In this document: in pieces, positions 52,068 to 64,000 of the stretch | Layout of the letters: each line of letters begins with the position of its first letter | Numbering within the stretch: position 1 is the stretch's first letter | Origin: Strigamia acuminata | Taxonomy: Eukaryota | Length of the DNA stretch: 64,000 nt | Assembly: GCA_949358305.1 (NCBI GenBank) | Contig: OX442314.1 | Span: forward strand, 16,058,001-16,122,000 | Direction: 5' to 3' | Program-made: the position numbers and the translations under genes | Notes under the pieces: model-generated | Seen by the model: the letters and a program-made list of their open reading frames with translations, nothing else | The model's database searches: none | Told to the model about the DNA's origin: nothing

Positions 52068-54249
52068 CTGAAATCTGTCTTCAAATATTTTTTGGAGCGG
52101 GTCAAATTCTTATTAATACTCTGGATGATCCATAAAGCCCACCCCTTTTGTGCTTTTTCTGTTTCTATTGGTCAGTAATTGTAATAACTTAATTGGTTCA
52201 GTTTTTTTTTGGGCTTGGTCTAAAAGGATTATAGGCAGCTGTGGATTAAACAAAGAAGATTTTCTTCGGATTACGTTTAAAGTGTTACGCATCCGGATCT
52301 AGCTGGTTCTGCAAAACTGAAAAGGAAATGAGCATTCTTTCATTACTTTCTTATAAGAAATTCCAATCTCTTTTCTCTTTGTTTGATTTTGTTGAATTAT
52401 AGTTGTGATCGAGAATTGAAACATTCCTAGTGTGAATACTGGCGTTTTATTAGTAATGAAAATTTAGTTGTAAAACGAATTGATAAATTCTATACGCGTT
52501 ATAAAAGTTGACCTGTACCCTTTAACGACTGGATTTTATTTCCTATTTATTTCCTATTTCCTAATTTCCTAATCAAGAACTATCAGGCATTTTCACGACG
52601 ATTTGTTTCTGCTGATCAAGGTTGTTTACCGTATTTAATTATCCGCATATCATGTGTCAATTTTCAAGTGTTCTTTCCTCGTGTTTTACTTTATTCACTT
52701 TATTAACGTGACTCGACATGATTGAACCGAACTAACAACTCAATAGGGAATGATTAAAGTTATGCAACAAGCACTTTATACATGTAATTGGGCGAAATGT
52801 ATGGTAATGTTGTGTCGCTTCTCGCTTGTGTAATTGGCGTCCTGTGAAAAGTCGTTACCACTTTCAGGAACCGATTTTTATTTTTACATTTTACTTGTTC
52901 ATTACTACAGTAGATACAAATATAAACGATTTAGCACATTTATGTTGTAAAAGTAATAATTCTATTTGTTTTAAATTATAAATTTTCGCATTTTACTCGA
53001 CAAAATTAAAAGTTTGAGTTTTAAAAATTTTACTCACTCGAAATGTAATTTTCAGAAATTTTCAACTATTGATTCAATAGCGGCGTCTTATTTCTTTTCA
53101 TTGTTAACAAATTGTAATATTTTGACCAATATTATATTTAATATAATAAATCTGTATTGTATTACAATAATACCACTAAATACTGAGGCGTGTCTTGCAG
53201 TGAAGCACATGGGGTGCTTTGCTTGAATGTATGAATATCGGTAATCCTTTTCACCTTGGATCTAGGGTAACTGTGTAATTCAAACAAATAAATAAAATAC
53301 AAAATATACAAACATCAAGTTCTTATTTCAAGCTAATACAATAAACAAAGAGAATCTAACTCGTACAGTATGTTCAACTTGAAGCTTCAAATTCCTACGT
53401 ACATCTCATCTATTTTTCATAATTAGTGGCATAAAAAATCCATTAAATCAGCGAAACCCAGAACATGGAATTGATGGAAATGGATTTCTACGTTGTGCGC
53501 GATAAATGGGATTTGGGAAACTTGAATTTTGTAGGAAATTAGTCGCCACTCGCCAGCACTCACGGTTGGACATGAGAAAAATACTCGTTTACTCTGTAAT
53601 TACACAACGGTGTAACTGTCTCCATTCTAATTCCTTAAACCTGCAACTGTGTGGTTAATGAGAATGTTATCACGAATCCTGTTGTTACGAGTTTGAGAAT
53701 ATTTGTCCATATCATTCCCTATATTTCCCGTTCAAAATTTGTTCAATAACAAATGATGTTTTGGTTTCAGGTGGCAATCGCCTCAAAGAGATAGGAAAGG
53801 GTTTAGGTCTAGTTTCTTCTTTTGAAATCGCTTGGTGGCAACATATCGCACAGAAACATCCTCGTAGTTTCGACATTGGTGTGGAGACGTTCTGGCTGGG
53901 CTCCCATGCGGATTACATTTAGCTTTACTTCCTTTTCTCATCTCCTGCCCGACCCCGATAGTCCTCTTTTAGTTTATCACGTGAAATCGCTAAACGGATT
54001 TTTTTGGTTTGCCAAAATAACCAAATAAAATAGAAAGTTTTTAATTACGATTTTAAAATTGAGAAAAAAATCTTGGATTTAGATTTATAGTAATAGTAAT
54101 CAACAACACATGGAAAAAAATTAATTTTGTTGTTTTCGCTACTGTAATAGTAAAAAGAAATCCAAACTCAGGAAATTGAATAAATGATTTTTATTGTTTT
54201 AAGAGTAGCGCCATGTGACTTCAACTCAACATCAACGTCACTTTTAAGA

Positions 54250-54430
54250 CATTGTGGCGTCGTTTTACGTCATCATCCGGGTTCATGGTCGATGGCGGCC
54301 ATTATGGGAGCTGTGGTTTGGCGATCACCAGCGTAAAAAGGAGAAACACAAACCGTGCAGCGAAGCTTGCCAAACGCCGGGAAAAAAACCAAATGACAGA
54401 CGAAAATGAGTGAAATATAGAATTGAAATT
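54250..54430 (+). promoter_or_regulatory. Likely promoter and 5'UTR of the IA-2 gene
   Basis: GC-enriched patch with CRE-like TTACGTCA (54265-54272) and YY1-like ATGGCGGC (54292-54299), just upstream of the signal-peptide exon. Confidence 0.4.
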
Positions 54431-57400
54431 ATGGGCGGTTTTCTTGCTCTTCTCGCTATTTTATCGGGATATTTACCGCTCGTAAAAAGCGAAGGAAATA
54501 TCGGTAAGTTTTTCTTGTATTTCGATGCGATGTGGTATTGACATTGAAATTTCTCTCGTTTCGATTACCTTGACAGTTGTGTTGAATTGAATAAATTACA
54601 TTTTTTTACCCTCGTCCGGAACTTAAATGTTGTCAGGAAATAGACAGGATGGGTGGGGAAAGCTTGTTGATGTTAACATACGGTGCAATGTGAGGATGGG
54701 CAAGTGTGACATTTAAGCCTAAATTTTGTTTGTCACAGAACATATACCGGTATATCTTCTTATATTTATTTTATTGTCAAAAACATTAACCAAATGCGAA
54801 TATCTATCACAATTATATTTTATTTGACATTTAAAATACGTTTTTAACTTAAAACAATGTCAACTTTTTATTTTTAAATTAAAAAAATGTAGAAACAAAA
54901 AACAAAAAATTAAAACACAAAATTTCATTTATTTTTCATCAAATATAAACTATTTTTTTTTTCATTCCCAGAGTTTATCTAAATCATGTTTAGAAAAAGT
55001 TTATTTTTATTTTTTTAAGTTTTTATTCCGGGGAAAAAACTTTCAGATATCAAATCAACTGAAAATATTAGTTTTCTGTTGCTACGATACCAGTTCTTAG
55101 TAGATAGTACGATAGAAGGGAAAAAATGAAGTCCAAAAAAAATGTAAAAAGTGTTTTCTTTTCCTAGTATTTTGAAATTTCAGTCCAATTCGAATAGGTA
55201 GCTCAGTTTTATTCAGGTGAAGTCAAGTGATATATCGTGAAGATGTAATCAATTGGCGACTAGAAATTAAGAGAAGCAAAGGCGCAGCACGAGCAAAATA
55301 CACCTCGATGAGCACCCATCGTTTTGGAAAAGGTCAACATGTATTGACCCACGTGGGTCGCAAATGTCGCGACCTTTTAAACACTTGGCTTTTATTCATT
55401 TTCATTTATTATGAAAACGATAATTTAGTTAGAAAAAAACGGGCGGATTTCTTAAGTGGCCATTATGTAAAGCACAATGGTGGAATATGAATAATTAATA
55501 CCGAGTTTTTATTTTGTTTTTATTTTTTATTTTTTATTTTTATTTTTATGCGTGTTTCATTTTTTATTTTTTATTGAGAACAACAATTCATTCGAACGTA
55601 ATGTTCGTTTGGAGTTTGTTTTAACGAGTGTAAACATTGGAGAGAATATTTAATGGATTAAAGCAAATTGTTATTTATTTTTTTTTGTTGAAAAAAGAAA
55701 AAAAATGTAATATAATAATAGCACATTTTCAGTTTATTAAATGGAAAAACAAGGGATTGAAGTATAGTGACACTCGACCTAGGGGCTAATGTAAGTTGTG
55801 GAGCATTCATTCGAGATGTTGCTAGGCAACCAATCAATGGGCTGAAAGGCTGGTCACCCAACCTGGTGTACTTTATCATCCGGCCGAGTAAAGGAAATAC
55901 TTGAAAATATCTCTGAAATTTTACAAGATTAAACGAAAACTAAAATGTTTTTTTTTATTATTTTTTTTAAAATTTTTTTTTTAAATATAACGATAATAAT
56001 AATAAAAATAAACATTTTAAAGGTTATTTACGTTTGAATTGTAGCGTCATTTTGCAATTGATGGAGTAGAAAAATGTGTGGTAAAATAATTACTGCTCAC
56101 ATACATAATGCCTTTACTGCAAATAGGATTTCCAAGCTTGACTGGAAATCTAGGCTTGAGTATTGGAAAGATGATTTCAATTTACATTCTCCTCAAACGT
56201 GAATCATTTAAATTTCATTACACGAAGCCAGGGTTTAGATGTTTGTAAACGTGATTACTTAGATTGTAATGATTTTTCTAATGTGTTTACACGAAATTTA
56301 ATTGAAATTTATAGTCGGTAGATAATACCAGTAGTGTAATGTAGTTTAGAGATAAATTTAGGAAATTTACAGGTGTATAAAGTAAAATTTATGTTATTAC
56401 CGAGCCTTTTGAATGAGTAAGACCAATCGTTTGCAATAGTGAAGTATACCTAAGTTATTGTCTTAGTTTTATACATTAATTATGTATTAATCGAGTTGCA
56501 CCAAGTTCCTGTTCCGACTGGTTTTAATTTCCGTCAATATAATATAACAAATGCTCGGTTCATTGCGGGAACATCTATTGTTTCATAATTTTTTCCCTGT
56601 AGATCGCGAGTGTACGAAATGATATATCTGAGTGTCAGAGATTTGAATCTTTCAGGTGTTTTTAACGATTTGGGATTCTAAGATTCGGGTAGAATTTGGA
56701 AAGATTCAGTAGGATATCGGAACCCCTTGGATAGATTTGACTTCGTGGCGTAATCATTTGAACACAACTCGACTAGTTTCTGAATTATTATATTTTTGTA
56801 CTCAATTTTTGTTTTTCCTTCATTGCAACTTGAATTGCTCGGTTATTTTTAGATCTTATCATTGCCGCAAGTCGCGAGAGAATGCTATGCTAACATTACT
56901 TGAATAAAATCTATGGCTGACTGGGCATTAATCAAATTGATGGGAAGGTTAAATCGTAAATGTCAGTAGTTAGAAAAGGTGTTCTTAACACTCGCAATCG
57001 CATACTAATGACTCATTAGTATACGATGCAGTTTTTTAATTTTTTAATTAAATTTTTTTTATTTTTACTCTTTCATTCATTTATGTACTCGTAAGACATT
57101 ACAAAGACTACTTCTTTCTTTTAGTTGTTGCCTGTGAGATGGATTGTGGACGTTGAAAGATATATTCTTTATGTTCTATTACTTATTTTGTTTTATTCAT
57201 TTATTTCGTCGTTTTTACGAATGAAACACGCTGGAAAATTTATCCAAACGGTTTTTTTTGTAACCTGTTATTTCCATTTGTTATATAAAATGCAGTCAAC
57301 CATTTTGTTTACAGGAATTCTTCATTCTGAGTCTCTCCATTGATTTTTCTCCGAATTGATACAGATGAAGAGGTGGGAAAGAATGAAAAAAAGCAGCACG

Positions 57401-60400
57401 TCAAAAGAAATTTACTTATCAAGTTGAATATGAAAAATTAGTCTTTGTTAGGGTAATTCGAGAGATTTCCATGTTTTTTTTTTTCCGATGTGATTTTGGA
57501 GCGCTCGTGTTGTCGTTTGAAATTAGGCCTAATCCGGAAGATAAAAGAATTACCATTGTTATGACATTAAATTGGTTTGAGATTTGAGTGCTATTGATTA
57601 ATGTGATTTATCATTACATTTCCGCTTCCTTCCTCTCACACAGCTAGCAATTTATGTTTAAAACCAGTCGCATTCACGCGATTTGTGAATGAAAGTTCTG
57701 TTTGCCATCTTCCATTGACCTGCTTACAACTACCGTACTGCCTCGATTTAACGCCGGGGCGTTTATTTACTTTTCCAAGTCGACCCCTCCGGCGATTATT
57801 CAAAGCCCGGCGATTATTCGCGCCGGGCGTCTAACGAAAAAAAAAGGTTTTTTTACTGCCGCCACCCAATCATTTACGTTAAATTACCGTATATTCGTCT
57901 AAAAAACGTTTAAAACCGGCGTTTAAACAAACCCGGCGTTTATTTAAGGCCGGCGTTTATTGCCTTTTCGTTCTGAGTTTGCCCGGCGTTTAATCAGGAG
58001 CCGGCGTTTAGATACGACCGGCGTTAAATCAAGGCAGTACGGTACTTACGGTTGCCATGGCAACGGAAAGACGTCAAACTAGAGGGGGAGGCCGAAGTCT
58101 CGCCCACGCTTGATTCATTTGTCAGAGATTTGGTTGGAACCATCTCTGCTCTGTCGCCCATAGCAACAGGCGGCATTATTTTCCTTCTTTTATAGCGTTC
58201 ATAATGTAATTTGAGCTGTACAAGATTACAACCAACATGAAAAGATATCAAATATATAATTGTATGAAAACATAATCTACGATAATTATGGGCTGTTTTG
58301 AAGTGATTGTTATGGCCTGTGGGTGTCGGTACAATGGCTAACAATTTTATTTTCGTGGTTACTGAGGTTGAGATTTTCACTGGCAATGGGGAATTGGAAT
58401 TTGAAACATCCTAACCGCTTCCGAATTTGTAACTCGAATTGAAATACAAGCCAAATGTACTTCCCTTTACAATTAACTGAGCTTTTGCGACCCCATGTAG
58501 GCCCGCACTATGTGACGGCAGTGATGTGTTGTGGGGGCTCTTTTCACAGTCATTCTTAGGGCACTACTTGAAAAGAAAATTCCAAAAATAATTTTTTTGG
58601 GGGGTCATTTGCCCGCCCTTTCCTTGTGAGAACTTTGAGTACCGTATTTATATAAATTTACCCACAAAGGCGCTCGGATTTTGCAGAGGGCTTTTCAATG
58701 TTTTTGGTCGGCTCTGCAAGGCCTCCGTACCGGGTAGCGCCTTAACAAACGATTTTTGATGAGAAAAAAAAATTAAAAATATGTTGAGGGGGGGGGGGAG
58801 GGCTTAAAATTAGGTTGTGCTTTAGGTCTCCAAATGCGTGATCCATCACCGCGCATGCCTTGCATAAATGTATGTAATTTTAAAGACGCGGAGCAGCAAA
58901 AATAACTGAATATGAGAAAAGAACAAGCCAAGCCGTAAGCACGTTTTTTAATTTTCTTGTAAATTTTTGCCTTTTGAATAAATTAAACGCTTAAAATAAT
59001 TATTAAACCTAAATTTGCTAATGTGATTCTAAAAATTGACTAATTAACGCTCGGTAACATTAATTATAATTATCCACACCCATTCTTTGTCATAATTGTA
59101 TCAATTTATTTATCATAGCAGGCTCAATGCCCTTTTGAACAATATGGTGCTAACTCGACAAATGGCCTCAAAGCCCCGTTCTAGTTCACGTGTGAAATGG
59201 CCCTCTTATTGATTATTTTAAGGGTAATGGTCGCGCTATGGGTTTGCAATTGATCCACTAACAAGCGAATCCTTTTCAGACTTGTTGAATTGCTACAAAA
59301 AAAGCGCCAGCGACTTGGTACGAACACTGAAAAGGTCTAGAGCGAGACTGGAGCTTTGCACGCGGCCGGACTTTGATTTAAGATGATTAATGTTATTAAT
59401 TAACTGCGACGATAAGTTTAATGCAGAGGAATTACGGCGTTAAATGGCATTGAGGTGAAAAGTTGATGATTTTCTACGTGAATATTTATGTACCGGTATT
59501 TAAATGTGGGTTTTGAGTTTGGAGAGGGAGAAAAATGAAGATGTAATCAAATTGAAATTAAGTAATTAGTAATTGTTACCTAGGCACTATTAAGGCTAAA
59601 ACGTCATACACGATCAAATGGGAGTTGTGGGAAATTAAGTGTTATTAAAGGGAGGGGAGTTTTCATGTTCTCCAGAGAGCTTCTATTGATGGAGAGGTTC
59701 TCTTTGATGCGTCCTTCCCGTTGCCATGACAACGCATTTATAAAATTTGATCAATTCACGCACAAGGTTGATATGAATATTAATATTTAGTTTCGGCAAA
59801 TTTTTCTTTTCGAGTTTTTCTTTTTCTTTTTTCAATATTTAATAAGTGTTAAAACGTGTCTGTACTTTGGTTTCAGGTTGCCTTTTTACTGACTCCGTGT
59901 GTAAGCAACAGGAATGGTGTTTTGACGGTAAGTTTTTATTTTCGTTATTTGGATTTGACGTTGAGTAGAATGCGGTGTTTAGTTGGAATAGTGCCCGCAT
60001 TGTGCTCAATGTTAAATATATAATCAATCAAAGCGCTTTAATTGCCGAAAACGAGGTAAAAGTGTTGATTTTTATCATCCGCAGACTCAGCATTTGGACG
60101 ATGCGTGCCGGCTCGTGGTCAATTGAGTTCCAGCAATTACTACCAATATGATTTCAAACTTAGCATGCTGCGTAAACTGGAAGAAGAAATGAACAGATTA
60201 TTTCGCGAAGGTATTTTCGAGAGTGAAATATTGCTAGGCAGCCTTTTGTGTGTGTGTGCCCATAGCAGTTTTTCACTAATTGCATTTTAATTTTATTGAT
60301 CATTGAAAAGTGAGAGTTTGTTGGTTTATGACACTGACTTGAGGCGCCACTTGCGCTTGGACATTGCTGAAGTGACCTATACTGGCCACTTCCTGTTTGT

Positions 60401-63400
60401 TGTATGTTGAATAAAGTCAGTTGTAACCACTCAACACTCGCTCATCCTTTTCCCATCTCTAAAATAACCACCAAATACGTAGCGAGAGAGTTGATGAATG
60501 CCTTTAAGCTTGAATTAAATTTTTTGGATTTGAATTGTATTGTTAAATAAATAAAATTACTTCCTTTGAGTAATACGAAGTCAAAATAAATAAATAATAA
60601 GAAGTAATGGGTTGTTCGCTGAACCCCTGTACAAACATAATATCTTCATCTCTTGCCGCTAAGTCCCATGTTTGTGGTGAATGTCTTCGGATGAAACCGC
60701 CATTCCCAAAACGTGTCAATTTTGCATACTAGCCAGTGGCATAGCGAGTCAATGGGGTCGTGTGCAAGTTGGGTTGATGGGCCCTTTAGCAGAGCTGTAG
60801 ATAGGATTTTTATCCTTCATGGGCTCCCTAGGCTCGTGTGCCCATGTCGACCACTCTCCCAATTGCTACACCACTAGCCTTTAACTGAAATTTTATTTTG
60901 TGGAAAAATTGTTGAGAAAAATTTTTTTCATTAATTTTGTGGGTATTTTATTGATTTTTGTCTTTTCTCATTGAAATAAATGGAAAATATTTTGATTTTT
61001 CTATATTTTTTTGGTCGAAGAATTTTTCTATATTTTTTTCTTTTTAAATGTCGAGATTTCCTATTTATGTTGGAAAATCGTGATTTATTTTTCAGGATAT
61101 TCATGGTCTCATGCTTACACGCAGTGCATTTTACAAAATTTACTCAACTCTCACCGGTACGGTTTTGATTATCAACCATCACTGTGCAGCGCAGTTGCCG
61201 GTATGGATCAAAGTGCAATGGATTTTCAACCAGAAACGCTACCAAGAGATTTGGCAGTAATCCACTTCGATCCAACAACTGGTTTGGATCAACTGTCAGA
61301 ATTCGCTAGCGAATGGTTCATTCCACCTCTAAACCACGACCGACCAAGGCAACCGAAATTTTATGGAAGTGCGCGAAGATATTCAACAGGTGAGGCTTAA
61401 TGAATACGAGATCAATTTATATAACTCGTGATTAATTCTCTCTCGGGATTTTTGACATCAACATCATCATGTTTGATGTCCATTACTACCCGTAACCCAC
61501 TCTTAACCATTCTAAATAAATTTGTAATACTACTTTAAATGCAGGAATTTTATTTTGTATTAGAGCGAAAATTCTTGGTCTACTTTTGGCCCCCAAATTT
61601 CTGGTTAAAAAAAATGAATTGGCCATGTTAATTAAACCTTTTTATTTCAATTTTTGATTGAACATGATGTTTTTTAATCTTTAATTTGATGTTTTCTGAA
61701 GGTTTAGCAAATAGTTCGTTTAAAATGGCGGATATAGTTTTATTGTTACTCGTCAGATGGCAATTGTTAACCAAGAATGAACAAAGATTATCGTTATTTT
61801 TGTTGCTGCTGTTATGTTGCGTGTTGAGCACATTATTTTGCCTTTTATGTATGAAGTGTAACCGCAACTCAGGTTGTTGCTATCCACCTCACCCCGCACC
61901 GGCTTTACAGTCTATCAATGCAGAGTCAGGCGTTTGTTTGCTAGTTGCCGCCTTTGTTGATCCGTTTTCATTGCTTTTGACTGCACTTCGAGTACAGAAT
62001 TTAATATAAAGCTCATGGAGCTTACGAACCTGTTTTGCATTTTCTAAAGTTTGATGGCAAATTGTGCGCTTAATTCGCGTTCTTGAGGGAGTCTGTCGTT
62101 TTTGTTCGCCAGTGTGAGTTGGTGGTATGTAGAATAATTAAAAGTGTAAGTTTAACGAAAGAAAGCATTAGGGGATTCAAAAAAAAGAGAGAAAAACACG
62201 CGTAGTAATAAAAAGCTGCCGACTGCAGTTTAAACTCTTACTGACGAAACCAGTTTTAGCAAAAAAGGGTTAAAATTAAAGGGAATTAGACATTTTTGGC
62301 TTTTTTTGGGGGTTTTTCACTCGTTTTAACAAAATTGTACGGAATTAACGAAAATTAGGCCTAAATATATGTTTCGTAATCATTATTGTGTCTAATTTTA
62401 TTTTCTAGGCGATTCAAACGAGGATCTCATTGCAGACAGAAAGATCTCGAAACGATACAAAAATCCGAGCGTTCTGCAGGACGATGATAAAGAAATGCTT
62501 GATTTTTTGGATTTACTAATCGATCAAACAAACGACGTCTTTCCAGACGCTGCAGGCGATAAAAATGAAAGAATGGATAGCAGACACATACAGGTATAAA
62601 TGAGATTGTCGAAAAACACTTTCTCCCTTCTTTGCAGCTGAAAATTGGAGATAACATTTACTTTTGTTGGGCAATGTAATACTAGAATGGTATCACGTGG
62701 TGTGAACAAAAAAAAAACAATACAACTGTCTGCGAGGTTTTTATGTTTTTCGGGCTTGAATGTTTGCATTCGAATGGAATGTAGATAATTATTTTAATTT
62801 ATTTTATGGATAGAGAGAATTTAATTTTCTGATTTGGTTTTTGTTGTTTTTTATGTATAATTTTTATTTTAATTATTTTTAAGGCTGTACCATCGCGCCA
62901 GATATATAGCGATGTCTCTCCAGAAGAATTTGATCAATTGCAGGCACTTTTCTCAGCCTCTGCACCTGTGCAACCCTCTCAGGAATACTATGATGGAGAA
63001 GGAGGTAAGGGGATGAAAAAATAATCACATTTATAAAAATTTTATTTTGTAACAAACAAGACTTTTTTGTTTTTCTTTTATATTTAGGATATTGCTTGAG
63101 AATTATTATTATACATTTTTTATTTTTTTTATTTTTTATTTTTTTTATTAAAAGAAATAAAGAGCAGAAGTTCTTTGGTTGGATTTCTCTTTTTTTTTTT
63201 TTTTTTCTTTGGTTGAATTTCATTTGTAAATTGCAATTTAATTTTCAAATTGGAGCGAAAAATTTAGCACTTGCAATTTTTTTTTTGTCTGAATTCTGCG
63301 ATGAAATAAAAATCGTAGAATTGCTAGATTTCGAATTGTGATTTAATTTAAATTTTGTGACTGTTTTTCTTAATTTTAGAATGGATAGATGAAAGAGATT

Positions 63401-64000
63401 TACAACGCGATAATAAACCTTTGGATTTGGACGACTCGGAGGATTCTTTTCTCACTCAATCTGGTGGTGATGACGAGAACTATTGGAACAGTGGATTCAA
63501 GAGGCTTCATAGATACGATGTGAAAAAACCTGGTCCAAATTTTATGAATAATTTAGACGATTTTGACTCAACAGAGGTATAAAACAATTTACTCCAAAAA
63601 AAAATCGATATTAATATTCTAACGTCATTTATTTCGTTAGGCTGTTGTTAACGAACAACTGCAGCAAGCATCACTTTTTAAAGTTCTTGAAGATTTGTTG
63701 AACAACAAGACACGTGATATTGAAGCAATGAATGATCAAAAATTCACGGCTGATGGCATGAGTCACGAGAGTAGTGCCGAAGATGGAGAAAAGGAATACG
63801 AAACTCACGTTGCGCCCAAAAGTACTCAAGGAACACGTAAGCAAGTAAATAAAAAAACGTATAGTTAACTATTGATTCATTTTTTTTGTCCAGAAGAATA
63901 TGGAGAATCTTTAGAAACATCGAAGCGGAGGAACACCGCGAATGGAAGGACACCGAGCTTGTATGGAATTCATGTTAATCAAAAAGATTTGCCGGTTGAA
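54431..64000 (+). CDS. IA-2: Receptor-type tyrosine-phosphatase-like IA-2 (PTPRN/PTPRN2 orthologue), 5' part; runs off the window
   Basis: Phase-compatible exons 54431-54503, 59877-59927, 60085-60210, 61096-61389, 62409-62593, 62884-63004, 63380-63576, 63641-63836, 63894->64000. Signal peptide MGGFLALLAILSGYLPLVKS. RESP18-like region GCLFTDSVCKQQEWCFDDSAFGRC...LEEEMNRLFREGYSWSHAYTQCILQNLL. Motif FKRLHRYDVKKPGP, recalled from invertebrate IA-2. The TM and PTP domains lie outside the window. Confidence 0.88.
57733..58042. mobile_element. pogo/Tigger-type MITE in IA-2 intron 1
   Basis: TA|CCGTACTGCCTCGATTTAACGCCGG ... CCGGCGTTAAATCAAGGCAGTACGG|TA, with internal CCGGCGTTTA repeats. Confidence 0.9.
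58051..58064. promoter_or_regulatory. Perfect palindromic RFX X-box
   Basis: GTTGCCATGGCAAC. Confidence 0.55.
60734..60876. mobile_element. Degenerate hAT-like MITE
   Basis: Ends CAGTGGCATAGC ... GCTACACCACTA and a GC-rich interior. No clear TSD. Confidence 0.4.

Noticed and set aside
53185..53310. SINE or LINE 3' fragment with an A-rich tail
   Set aside because: No head, TSD or second copy in the window to confirm it.

Overview
AT-rich eukaryotic (animal, probably protostome or arthropod-like) genomic DNA with many short GT-AG introns. The first ~38 kb has no protein-coding gene I can support. It is a patchwork of MITEs (some nested), SINE-like relics and a truncated Gypsy-like LTR retroelement. 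Four spliced genes can be rebuilt by hand in the last 26 kb: (1) a myristoylated Akap200/MARCKS-like acidic, Pro-rich protein fused to an AMPK-beta-type glycogen-binding module (+, 41466-47050); (2) RNA polymerase II subunit RPB9/POLR2I (+, 49943-50919), with a tandemly duplicated and apparently mutually exclusive 127-nt exon for its C-terminal zinc-ribbon half; (3) a divergent Q50 PRD-like homeobox gene (-, ~52067-50988) lying tail-to-tail with RPB9; (4) the 5' part of IA-2/PTPRN (+, 54431 to the window end). The strongest candidates for something undescribed are the switchable RPB9 exon pair and the Akap200-like/CBM48 fusion with alternative first and last exons. All gene models are manual splice-site reconstructions, and family calls come from recalled motifs, not database searches.
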